Shown here: piece by piece, positions 27,912 through 36,889 of the stretch
How the letters are laid out: each line of letters opens with the position of its first letter
How positions within the stretch are numbered: the first letter of the stretch is position 1
Assembly (NCBI GenBank): GCA_963808235.1
Contig: CAWEEQ010000004.1
Coordinates: forward strand, 1,184,001 to 1,248,000
DNA length: 64,000 nt
Direction of reading: 5' to 3'
Origin: an uncultured delta proteobacterium
GTDB taxonomy: Bacteria; Desulfobacterota; Binatia; Binatales; Binataceae
Translations under genes and position numbers: made by a program
The notes under the pieces: model-generated
What the model was told of the DNA's origin: nothing
Database searches by the model: none
What the model saw: the letters and a program-made list of their open reading frames with translations, nothing else

Positions 27912-29164
27912 CAAAGTTCTGCTTCCATATCTCGGCGGCGGTTCTCGCCGACGTAGGCGAGCGTGACGCCGATAATTCCGGCCGCCGGAATTGCTATTGC
28001 CGCTCCCGCAAATATTGCACGGGGAGCGAAAACCGCGAACAGCGGCGAAATCAACATGAGGCCGGTTGCATGGCCACCGCGATAGATCAACGAAATAACG
28101 CCCATGACTCGACCGAGCACGTCGTCGGCAATTCGCTCTTGCGCGGCGGAGGTCAGCAAGATCAATCCCGCGCTTTGTCCGAGCGCGGCGAGAAATGCGC
28201 CGGCCACGGCGAGCGGAAAGGAATGGCTCATCGCGAACAATCCGAACGCGGGCAGGTACAGCATCCAGGCCATCATGCTGGCCCGGGCTTTGTTCTTTGC
28301 CGGGTAGCGGGTGAGGATCGCGCCGGCGGTCACGGAGCCGATCGCATATCCCACCATCACGATTGAATAACCGCCCGCGCCGCGATGAAAAACGTCGCGC
28401 ACCAGTTCCGGCACGCCGGCGATCCAGGTGCCCGAGGAGATCGTTACCGAGACTCCAAGAGAGATCACTGCCGCCGCCAGTGTCGGTATCGGACGGATCG
28501 CGGCGAACGCCTCGCGAATCCTCGGCCTTTCGGTGTCGAGGCTGATGGCGCTTGCGTCGCGTCGGGCGATACCGCTGATGAGGGCGGCGGAGACGAAAAA
28601 GGAAATCGAGTTGAGCGCGAAGAACGCGCTGAGCGGAACGATTGCGAGCAGTCCTGCCGCCGCGGCCCATCCGCCGATCGATAGCGCGCTCGTCGTCGCG
28701 CCGATGAGGCCGTTGGCTTTCTGCACATTGCCGCGATCGACCAGCGCAGGCACGATCGCGTTGTAGGCGGGCACGAAATACGCGGTTGCGGTCTCGAGCA
28801 GGAAAGATGCAACCACCAATCCCCAAATCGGCAGTTGATTGGTGAGGCCGGCGATTGCGATCGGAATCAGAGTCAGTCCGCGTACAAGATCCGCGGAGAT
28901 CATCACGCGCTTTCGATCCCACCTGTCCGCCACGATCCCGCCGTGAAGGCCGAACACCAACGCCGGTACGCTGTCGGCCAGGCGCACGGCGACCACGCCG
29001 AGCGGCCCGCCTTTCTCCAGCGCGATCCACATCAGTGCGATGTAATGAAGTGCGTCGCCGAACTCGCTTGCTGCGACGGCGAAGAACACGCGGCGAAAAT
29101 CGCGCCGGCGGAGCAGCACCAACGGCCCCTGCGGCATCGGGTGATCGTCGCCCGTGGAAGGCAT
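27911..29164 (-). CDS. MFS transporter (EntS/MefA-like)
   Basis: About 12 TM helices; GGIVADRWDRKRVMISADLVR motif A; VLGRVMG. Confidence 0.9.
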   Translation of the reverse strand: MPSTGDDHPMPQGPLVLLRRRDFRRVFFAVAASEFGDALHYIALMWIALEKGGPLGVVAVRLADSVPALVFGLHGGIVADRWDRKRVMISADLVRGLTLIPIAIAGLTNQLPIWGLVVASFLLETATAYFVPAYNAIVPALVDRGNVQKANGLIGATTSALSIGGWAAAAGLLAIVPLSAFFALNSISFFVSAALISGIARRDASAISLDTERPRIREAFAAIRPIPTLAAAVISLGVSVTISSGTWIAGVPELVRDVFHRGAGGYSIVMVGYAIGSVTAGAILTRYPAKNKARASMMAWMLYLPAFGLFAMSHSFPLAVAGAFLAALGQSAGLILLTSAAQERIADDVLGRVMGVISLIYRGGHATGLMLISPLFAVFAPRAIFAGAAIAIPAAGIIGVTLAYVGENRRRDMEAEL

Positions 29165-29178
29165 TGAAGGGAGACGGA

Positions 29179-30189
29179 TTAGACTTCGCGGGAGGTTTGG
29201 TCGTCTATCAGAGTGGCGAGGCCGTCGCGGTAGGGAGTTGGTTTCAGGTCGTCGACGATTGCGCGGGCGATTGCTATTTGCTCGGCAGCCAGGCGTCGGG
29301 ACTCGGATACTATTTTCGGATCGCGGAGCAGGTCCAGCGCCCGTTTGAGGGTTGCGCCTTCCATTTTGGTTCCGTTTTGGAACAGCTTGCGTAGCTCGGG
29401 GATTCGTTCGACGCCTAGCACTACTGGAAGAGACGGAATACCGGCGCGCAGATCGGAGCCTACTGGTTTGCCGATTTTTTTTTCAGGGCCGAGGATGTCC
29501 AGCAGGTCGTCGACCATCTGGAACGCGAGGCCAATCGCGGTTCCGAGCTTAGCCATCGCGTCGATGGTCCTGCCTGACGCGCCGGCGAGATCCGACGCTA
29601 CCTTGCCGCCAGCGTAAAAGAGCGACGCAGTTTTTCGATTGATCACGGCTATGTAGTCTTTCAAGGTTGCGGCGGCGCTGTGGCGGAAGCGGGTTTCCAT
29701 CACTTCGCCTTCGGTGAGTTGGATGCATGCCTGCGCGGCAGTGCGGATCATTTGCTCTTCGAAGCCAGCGCACAGTTCGAACGCGCGGCAGAATAGATAG
29801 TCGCCGGCGATGAGCGACGGGCCGAAGCCGTAGCGCGCGAACGCGGACGGCTTGCCACGCCGGAGCAGGCCGCGGTCGATGATGTCGTCGTGCAGCAGGG
29901 TTGCCGAATGGATCAGTTCGAGCGCGATTGCTGCGTCGACGGCCATCTCGACTTTCGAATCGGCGCCGCCGCAAGCCCGATAGACGAGAAGAATGAAGGT
30001 CGGACGCAGCCGCTTACCACCCGCGTCGACGAGGTAGTGACAAATTTCCGCGATGATCGATTCGCTCGAGTCGAGCAGCCGTGACAACTTCACTTCGGCC
30101 GACGCTAGGTCGGCCTCGACCAGACGCGCCGGGCTAAGCGGCTCGGGCGAGGATGCGTCGGCGAGTTGGGTTGCTTTGGCTCTTTTCAC
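29179..30189 (-). CDS. polyprenyl diphosphate synthase
   Basis: GGKRLRP, LLHDDIID...RRG, KTASLF, FQMVDDLLD. Confidence 0.93.
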   Translation of the reverse strand: MKRAKATQLADASSPEPLSPARLVEADLASAEVKLSRLLDSSESIIAEICHYLVDAGGKRLRPTFILLVYRACGGADSKVEMAVDAAIALELIHSATLLHDDIIDRGLLRRGKPSAFARYGFGPSLIAGDYLFCRAFELCAGFEEQMIRTAAQACIQLTEGEVMETRFRHSAAATLKDYIAVINRKTASLFYAGGKVASDLAGASGRTIDAMAKLGTAIGLAFQMVDDLLDILGPEKKIGKPVGSDLRAGIPSLPVVLGVERIPELRKLFQNGTKMEGATLKRALDLLRDPKIVSESRRLAAEQIAIARAIVDDLKPTPYRDGLATLIDDQTSREV

Positions 30190-30214
30190 TTTTTCAATAT
30201 TTCACAGTCGCAGG

Positions 30215-30967
30215 TTAGCGGAATAAATCGGCTTCGGCGGGCCGAATCAAAACCTTCGCGCTGCCTTCGTGGGGTTCGTACTTGTAGCCGCGCATTACGA
30301 CGGCTGGAGTTGCACCGGCTTTTTCCATGAGCAGGCCGGCGGCGGAGGCGATCTCGTCGGCGATGGCGACGACGGTGTGATGCAATTCGCGGCCGCCCAA
30401 GTCGGTGGTGCCGCGCAAATCGAGAATCGGATTCATTCCGGCGATTCCGAGACAGACTTCGGTCAGCCCGTCGCGCCATGGACGGCCGAACGTGTCGGTC
30501 ACCATCACGGCGACCGTGACGCCGAGGCGGCGGCGGATTTCGTCACGCATCTTGCGCGCGGACGCGTCGGGATCCTCGGGCAACAGGATGGCGCTGTCAG
30601 TTTCGAGGCTGTTGGATTCGTCGACGCCGGCGTTGGCGCAGACCCATCCGGGGCCCGTCTCGACGATAATCACGCCATGATCGTTGCGCACGATTCGGCT
30701 GGTCTGACGCAGTACGACTTCGACCGCGCGCGGATCTTTTTCCCATCGGGTCGCGAGATTTTTTGCGAATTCGGAGGGTTCGAAATCTCTCAAATCGACC
30801 ACGCGGCCCTCGGCCTTGGAGATTACCTTCTGGCAAACGACAAGGATATCGCCGGCTTCCAGACGCAAGCCGGTTTGTTCGATTCCGCGGATGATTAGCG
30901 CGGAGAGATCGTCGCCCGCCTTAATCATCGGGATGTGCTCAATCGCGGTGAGACTTATCGTGCGCAT
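30215..30967 (-). CDS. cofE: coenzyme F420-0:L-glutamate ligase
   Basis: QKVISKAEGR, CANAGVDESN, LLPEDPDASA, DTFGRPWRDG, IADEIASAA; no C-terminal nitroreductase domain. Confidence 0.94.
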   Translation of the reverse strand: MRTISLTAIEHIPMIKAGDDLSALIIRGIEQTGLRLEAGDILVVCQKVISKAEGRVVDLRDFEPSEFAKNLATRWEKDPRAVEVVLRQTSRIVRNDHGVIIVETGPGWVCANAGVDESNSLETDSAILLPEDPDASARKMRDEIRRRLGVTVAVMVTDTFGRPWRDGLTEVCLGIAGMNPILDLRGTTDLGGRELHHTVVAIADEIASAAGLLMEKAGATPAVVMRGYKYEPHEGSAKVLIRPAEADLFR

Positions 30968-30983
30968 CGAAGCGAACAGCCTA

Positions 30984-31949
30984 CTATACCTTAAGCTCTC
31001 GCAGAACCACTTCGGCGAGGCGGGCGGCGCGCTCGGAAGTTGCCATGATGGTGTCAGTCGCGACCGCGCGCATCCCGAGGCGTTCGATCGGCTCGATGTA
31101 GCGGCGGTCGGCGTCGTCAAGAACGAACAGTCCCGCAATGTCGCGATAGAGGCGCGCGACACCGAGCGGCGAGACTTCCATCTTAAGTCCGCGGAGCATC
31201 TTGTCGGCGGGACCCTTGATTGTGCGGCCACCTACGATCGGGGTGATTGCGGCGACGCGTGATTTCTGACGCGCAAGAGCCTCGCGAACGCCGGCTAGTT
31301 GCAGTATCGGTCCGAGCGATACGAACGGGTTCGACGGCGCGAGAATGACGGCGGCTGATTTTCGGATCGCGTCGAGCACTGGGGGTGCGGGATGCGCGTC
31401 GCGAATTCCGCGCAGCTCGATTTTTTCGACGATGCCGCGGGCGCGGCCACGGACGAAATATTCCTGGAACGGAATCGCAACCTTGCCGCGCAGCTTCACG
31501 AAAGTGCGCACACGATCGTCGCTCATCGGCAAGATTCGCGAATGCACTGAGAACGCGCGCGCGACTTCCGCGGTGATCTGCGTCAGCGACGCACCCTGGC
31601 GCATCCGATCGGTGCGATATAGATGCGTTGCGAGATCGCGATCGCCAAGACCGAACCACGGCCTGCCGTAAAAACGCTCAAGGCTGGGTAATACGTTGAA
31701 CGATTCGCCGTCGAGGCCCCATCCTTGCGTGCGATTCACCACGCCGGCGAGAGTGTAGGTGACGGTGTCGATGTCCGGCGAGACGTGGAGCCCGTAAAAG
31801 GTTTCGTCGTCGCCGGTATTAACGACGACGGTCAACCTTTCGGGATCTACTCGGCGAGTCAGTCCGCGGATGAACTTAGCTGCACCCACTCCCCCCGCTA
31901 GCGTGGTGATCTGCTGCGTGAGGCGGGGACGCGATCGGCCGCGCTCCAT
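30984..31949 (-). CDS. cofD: 2-phospho-L-lactate/PEP transferase
   Basis: LAGGVGAAKF, VNTGDD, SPDIDTV, GDRDLATH, FQEYFV, PSNPFVS, KGPADK. Start uncertain. Confidence 0.94.
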   Translation of the reverse strand: MERGRSRPRLTQQITTLAGGVGAAKFIRGLTRRVDPERLTVVVNTGDDETFYGLHVSPDIDTVTYTLAGVVNRTQGWGLDGESFNVLPSLERFYGRPWFGLGDRDLATHLYRTDRMRQGASLTQITAEVARAFSVHSRILPMSDDRVRTFVKLRGKVAIPFQEYFVRGRARGIVEKIELRGIRDAHPAPPVLDAIRKSAAVILAPSNPFVSLGPILQLAGVREALARQKSRVAAITPIVGGRTIKGPADKMLRGLKMEVSPLGVARLYRDIAGLFVLDDADRRYIEPIERLGMRAVATDTIMATSERAARLAEVVLRELKV

Positions 31950-33129
31950 TGGGTGCCTTTCTTCCGTAGAGCTTTTTGTAGAGCGTGGTGCGTTCGACGG
32001 CGACGCGGCCCATCTCGGATGCTTTTTCCTCGAACACATCCACCGGCACGAACTCGCCGGAGTCGCCGCCCGCCTGCGCGGTGATGCTTTCCTCCATGAG
32101 CGTGCCGGAGAAATCGTTGCACCCCGCTTTGAGCGTGAGCGCCGCGAGATCGACGCCGGATTTCACCCACGAAGTTTGGATGTTGTCGATCTGCCCGCGC
32201 AGGAACAGCCGCGAGAATGCGTACATCTGGAAATCGAGTGCACCGCGCTCGGTCGGAGAAACCAGGCCCTTGCGGTAAAGCACGGTGTTCTGATGGATGA
32301 AGCGCAGCGGCACGAATTCGGTGAAGCCGTGGGTTTGTTTCTGGATGGTGCGGAGCAAGTCGAGATGATTGACGACGTGGCGCGGCGTCTCGACATGGCC
32401 GTACATCACGGTGGAAGTGGTAGGCACGCCGAGTGAGTGCGCGGTGGTGATGATCTCAACCCATGCGGCGACGTCGACTTTCTTGTGGCTCAAGATCTCG
32501 CGCACGCCGTCGTCGAGGATTTCTGCCGCGGTGCCGGGAATCGACCCGAGGCCATGATCGCGGAGCATCGCGATGTACTCCGGATAATCCATGCGGACCC
32601 GGTTCGCGCCATACATTATTTCCATCGGCGAGAATGCGTGGATGTGAATCTCGGGAAACGCGCGCTTCATCGCGACCAGCAGGTCACGATACTTGAACGG
32701 CGGCATGTCCGGATTGATGCCGCCCTGCATGCATATTTCGGTGGCGCCGCGCGCGACTGCGTCGGCGACTTTGGCGACGATCGTTTCATCGGAATGATCG
32801 TAGGCGTCGGATTCCCAGCGCTGACGCTTGAACCCGCAGAACTGGCATCCGACGAAACAGATATTGGTGAAGTTGATATTGCGATTGACGACGTAGGTGA
32901 CTTCGTTGCCGACGTCCTCGGCGCGCGCGAGGTCGGCGCATTTGACGGTCGCGCGCAGGTCGTCGCCTTCAGAGGTGTAGAGCAGCAATCCTTCTTCGGG
33001 CGTCAATTCTTTTTTCTCGAGGCTGCGCACCAGCGCATTCCGCACGGAAGCATCCGCCTTGCCGAGCAGGACATCCACGGGCGTGGCTTCGATTTCGTCG
33101 ACGTAGTTACGCCAAAATTCCAGGTTCAC
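31876..33129 (-). CDS. cofH: FO synthase subunit 2 (radical SAM)
   Basis: NRNINFTNICFVGCQFC, PGTAAEILDD, NIQTSWVK, GTLMEESIT; GTG overlaps the cofG stop (GTGA), GGAGG RBS. Confidence 0.92.
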   Translation of the reverse strand: MNLEFWRNYVDEIEATPVDVLLGKADASVRNALVRSLEKKELTPEEGLLLYTSEGDDLRATVKCADLARAEDVGNEVTYVVNRNINFTNICFVGCQFCGFKRQRWESDAYDHSDETIVAKVADAVARGATEICMQGGINPDMPPFKYRDLLVAMKRAFPEIHIHAFSPMEIMYGANRVRMDYPEYIAMLRDHGLGSIPGTAAEILDDGVREILSHKKVDVAAWVEIITTAHSLGVPTTSTVMYGHVETPRHVVNHLDLLRTIQKQTHGFTEFVPLRFIHQNTVLYRKGLVSPTERGALDFQMYAFSRLFLRGQIDNIQTSWVKSGVDLAALTLKAGCNDFSGTLMEESITAQAGGDSGEFVPVDVFEEKASEMGRVAVERTTLYKKLYGRKAPNGARPIASPPHAADHHASGGSGCS

Positions 33130-34337
33130 GCTTGGCCTCCGACGGGCTCGATGGCAGCCTGCATCGTGCGCACACGCGGCGCGATCGCAGGGTCGAGCCA
33201 TTCATCATCGATGTATTCAGGATAAATTGCGAGCCTTTCTATAAGCCTGAAATCGGCTCGCGCACATCGCTCTCCGAGTTTCTCCAGATGCGGCCACGGC
33301 GCCTCGGGATTGACATAGTCCTTGCTGAGCGGCGAAATGCCGCCCCAGTCGTTGATTCCCGCTTTCAGAAACAACTCGATCTGACGGGGCGACAAATTTG
33401 GCGGCGCCTGCACGTTCATCGAGGGACCGAGCACCAGGCGTGCGGTCGCAATCGCGCGCGCCATGTCGTTAGCGTCGGGCTCGGGCGCATCGGCCATCGC
33501 AATCTCAGGCTTCGCGCGGAAATTCTGAATGATCACTTCCTGGATGTGCCCGTAGCGCTCATGACTATCGCGAATCGCGGTGAGACTCAGCGCACGCTCG
33601 GCCAGAGTTTCGCCGATTCCAATCAGGATTCCAGTCGTGAACGGAATCCGAAGCGCGCCGGCGTCATCTATCATCTTGAAACGCAGCGCAGGGTCCTTGT
33701 CGGGCGCCGCCTGATGAACTCCGCCGCGCGCGCGGAGCCGCGGTGATATGTTCTCGAGCATCAGGCCCATGCTTGCGTTGAGCGGCCGCAGCGCTCGCAT
33801 CTCATCTGTCGTCATTAGGCCCGCGTTGGTATGAGGCAGCAGACCTTCGGCGAGCGCGATCTCGCATGCGCGGCCGACGTACTCGATCGTGGTGCGCATG
33901 CCGAGCGTCGCGAGCGTCTCGCGATATGTTTTGAATGCGACTTCGGGCTTGTCGCCGAGGCACATCAGCGCTTCTTTGCATCCGAGTTCGGCACCGCGCC
34001 GCGACCATTCGGCAATCTCGTCCGGCATCATCGTCCATGCGCCAGGATCGCCCGGGTCCTTGCGGAAGGTGCAGTAGGTGCATCGATCGCGGCAGAGATT
34101 TGTGACCGGCAGAAAAACTTTACGCGAGTAGGTGACGTCGCGGCGTGGATGACCGCGGTCGCGGAGTTCGGCGGCGGCAGACAGCATCGCGTCGAGGTCG
34201 GCGTCGGGGGATTCGATGAGAGCGATCGCGTTGGCGTCGGTAAGGCGCGCGCCAGCGAGCGCCGAATCGAGGATCTCGCGGATTGGCGCGCGTTCGCGCG
34301 CGTCGGTCGCAGAGGTTGGATGCGCGGACGCCATCAT
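33126..34337 (-). CDS. cofG: FO synthase subunit 1 (radical SAM)
   Basis: TYSRKVFLPVTNLCRDRCTYC, LLPHTNAG, SMGLMLE, PDKDP, QAPPNL, GINDWGGISP, NPEAPWP. Confidence 0.94.
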   Translation of the reverse strand: MMASAHPTSATDARERAPIREILDSALAGARLTDANAIALIESPDADLDAMLSAAAELRDRGHPRRDVTYSRKVFLPVTNLCRDRCTYCTFRKDPGDPGAWTMMPDEIAEWSRRGAELGCKEALMCLGDKPEVAFKTYRETLATLGMRTTIEYVGRACEIALAEGLLPHTNAGLMTTDEMRALRPLNASMGLMLENISPRLRARGGVHQAAPDKDPALRFKMIDDAGALRIPFTTGILIGIGETLAERALSLTAIRDSHERYGHIQEVIIQNFRAKPEIAMADAPEPDANDMARAIATARLVLGPSMNVQAPPNLSPRQIELFLKAGINDWGGISPLSKDYVNPEAPWPHLEKLGERCARADFRLIERLAIYPEYIDDEWLDPAIAPRVRTMQAAIEPVGGQA

Positions 34338-34397
34338 TTGCGGTTATAAGCCATCGGGAGTGCGCGAGGCAACCTTAGTTGCAAAATAAGACTGGCC

Positions 34398-35720
34398 TTA
34401 ACCCTTGGCTCCTTCGAGGGAAGCGGGAGTGCAGAGCGGGCTGACTTCATCGATGAAAAAGATTGCATCGGCTTGTTCCGCGACTGCCGCGCGTACGCCG
34501 GGTTGTCCGTCCATCCGGATCAGCATTTTAGTATTGAGCAGACGAGGAAGCGGCGAGCCGGTGCTTAGCGGCAGGATCAAAGCCAGCCCGATTTCGCTCA
34601 GAATGGAATTCAGCGAACCGGCGACCGGCTTGATGTCGCAGGTGCAGAACGAAAACGGCTGGCAATCGCGGCCGCGGTTGCAGAGCATCCATATCGAGTA
34701 GACCTGCGCCGGCATCATGCGGTTCAGGAACGTTCCGAGCGCTGGGACGCGTCCGCCGCCCGGACCCGCGCCGAAGTTTCGCTTGATGCGGTCATAGGCT
34801 TTTGCGAGATGCAGGTTGTGACTCATCAGCACGGTCTTGGAATCGGTACCGAACTCGGCAAGCCTCGCAGTCACGTTGCGATGCATCGTTTCTTCGCGCA
34901 GTCCCATCGCGACGTTTAGCGACGGCCAGTCGAACGCGGGGTATGCGGATTGCGTGTAGTGGAAACTGTCGCGGAGTGCTTGTGCGAATCGGACGATATT
35001 GGTAGCGCGCGCTGGCCCTATGAGGCGCGAGAGCGTTGCGAGTTGCGCATCGATCAATTGGATAGCGCGGTCGAGTCGCACGACTTCGTCAACGCGGGTC
35101 TCATCGGGCACTCGCGTAAGAGTGGCGAGAATTTTTGCTGTGGATTCGTTCGTAGCCGCTGGTGCCAACATCTCGGCGAGATCTTCGTAACCAGCGCCAG
35201 GAAGCGCGTCGATATCGAAACCGAAGAACTTGATTCCCGATGAATGAGCGGTTGCGATATCGCGCAAGGCGCGTGCAAACGATTTCTGCTCGGCGGCGAA
35301 GACATCCAAGGGAAAGGCGGTGAAGGAATCCTTCAGCAGCCCGGTCGCCGAATCGTCGCGATCGGTCCGAATCCCGCCTTTGTATCCATATATAGGTGCG
35401 CGATCGAGATGGCTCGAATCGCCGGTCTCGAGAAAATGGTTGATTCGATAGCCGTCGACGACGCCCATCTCCTCGCCGATGTGGTTCCATCCGCGCGAGA
35501 CCAGGTAGCGGAGCATCAGCAATCGATAGTCATATTTCTCGTGGATGAAATGGTCCGGCTCGCCCAGGTAGACGATTCGCTTGTTCGTGAGTGATGAGTC
35601 GAGCGCGGCGAGGCGCGCGAGGTTGTGATCGGTTTGAAGCGGAAGATCGAGCCGTATTGCGTGCTCCGACGCCCACGTTTTGAGTTCGTTCGTTGCTCGG
35701 TCGTTGGAGAATAGAGGCAT
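34398..35720 (-). CDS. erythromycin esterase (Ere)-family protein
   Basis: IVYLGEPDH, FFGFDI, REETM, SHNLH and DAIFFIDEVSP match the Ere-family pattern; substrate unknown. Confidence 0.75.
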   Translation of the reverse strand: MPLFSNDRATNELKTWASEHAIRLDLPLQTDHNLARLAALDSSLTNKRIVYLGEPDHFIHEKYDYRLLMLRYLVSRGWNHIGEEMGVVDGYRINHFLETGDSSHLDRAPIYGYKGGIRTDRDDSATGLLKDSFTAFPLDVFAAEQKSFARALRDIATAHSSGIKFFGFDIDALPGAGYEDLAEMLAPAATNESTAKILATLTRVPDETRVDEVVRLDRAIQLIDAQLATLSRLIGPARATNIVRFAQALRDSFHYTQSAYPAFDWPSLNVAMGLREETMHRNVTARLAEFGTDSKTVLMSHNLHLAKAYDRIKRNFGAGPGGGRVPALGTFLNRMMPAQVYSIWMLCNRGRDCQPFSFCTCDIKPVAGSLNSILSEIGLALILPLSTGSPLPRLLNTKMLIRMDGQPGVRAAVAEQADAIFFIDEVSPLCTPASLEGAKG

Positions 35721-35785
35721 GGCGAGATCTTCGTCTCCGAGAGACAATGGCGATTCGGCTCGCAGCGTACCACAATCTTAAATCG

Positions 35786-35815
35786 CCTAACCCCTTCCCA
35801 TGTGAGAAGGGGAAC
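35786..35815. repeat. REP-like palindromic repeat
   Basis: CCTAA-CCCCTTC-ccatgtga-GAAGGGG-AAC, same architecture as the 7876 and 11153 copies. Confidence 0.55.
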
Positions 35816-35838
35816 GACATCAGGATAGAGAAGACGGG

Positions 35839-36801
35839 ATGAAGACCAACGACTACGAAAATATTTGGCGACGTGCGAGTGCGTCGGGTGCACCGCTTGT
35901 GCATACCTACTCAATCGTCGCGCGTGATTCGGAGACCGGGCAATTTGGGGTTGCGGTGCAGTCACATTATTTTGCGGTGGGTGCGGGCGTCACGTGGGCG
36001 GAGGCCGGCGTGGGCGCGGTCGCGACGCAAGCTTATGGAGATCCGTCGTACGGAAAACTCGGGCTAGACTTGATGCGTGCGGGCAAGAGCGCGCCTGACG
36101 CTCTTGCGGGTCTGCTCGCGGCCGATTCGCTCCGGGAAGTTCGCCAGGTTGCGATGGTCGATAGTCAGGGCCGGGTTGCCGCGCACACCGGCTCGATCAC
36201 GATTCCCGAAGCGGGGCATACCGTGGGCGACGGATTTTCCGTGCAGGCCAACATGATGCTCAGGAACTCGGTGTGGCCGGCGATGGCCGAGGCGTATCGT
36301 GCCAGCAAGGGTGAGCTGGTCGATCGGTTGCTCGCGGCACTCGATGCGGCCGAGGCCGAAGGAGGTGATATTCGCGGACGACAATCGGCCGCGATTCTAA
36401 TCGTCGAAGGGAAGAGCAGTGGTCGTCCCTGGATCGATAACGTCTTCGATCTTCGTGTAGATGACGCGCCCGAGCCGCTCACGGAGATTCGCCGCCTGGT
36501 GTCGATTCGGCGCGCGTACATTCATCAGCGCCGAGCCGCCGATGCGGCTGAGCGCGCCGACCTGGAGACCATGGAGCGCGAGTACGCGGCGGCGGAGCGT
36601 CTGGTCGGCGAAAATCCAGAGATGCGATACTGGCATGCGATCGCGCTGCTGATGCTCGGCAAAATTGACGATGGAATCGCGATGCTCGGTGAAATCGGGG
36701 CGCGTGATCGCAACTGGATCGAGCTCACGCTGCGGCTCCCCGCGATGAGGCGTCTCAGTGATTCCACGATCACCGAAAGAATCAGGAAGCTGCTGAAATA
36801 G
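35839..36801 (+). CDS. DUF1028 family Ntn-hydrolase-like protein with helical C-terminus
   Basis: TYSIVARD...FGVAVQSH, GVGAVATQ, QANMM, GGDIRGRQSAA, DLRVDD. Confidence 0.88.
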   Translation: MKTNDYENIWRRASASGAPLVHTYSIVARDSETGQFGVAVQSHYFAVGAGVTWAEAGVGAVATQAYGDPSYGKLGLDLMRAGKSAPDALAGLLAADSLREVRQVAMVDSQGRVAAHTGSITIPEAGHTVGDGFSVQANMMLRNSVWPAMAEAYRASKGELVDRLLAALDAAEAEGGDIRGRQSAAILIVEGKSSGRPWIDNVFDLRVDDAPEPLTEIRRLVSIRRAYIHQRRAADAAERADLETMEREYAAAERLVGENPEMRYWHAIALLMLGKIDDGIAMLGEIGARDRNWIELTLRLPAMRRLSDSTITERIRKLLK

Positions 36802-36889
36802 CTGTCGCATCGGCGACATAAACGTTTTGCCCCGCTCCCTCGCGCGAGTTAGTCTAAGTTCGATATACGCCGAGACCGGAGTACACCAG

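Noticed and set aside
26673-29030. 785-aa ORF
   Set aside because: The first roughly 370 aa are an Arg-rich alternate frame of the MFS gene; the real oxidoreductase starts at ATG 27911.
20796-34337. Functional link between deazaflavin synthesis and the mutagenesis cassette
   Set aside because: The genes are co-oriented, but imuA has its own promoter and no photolyase is present; adjacency alone is not evidence.
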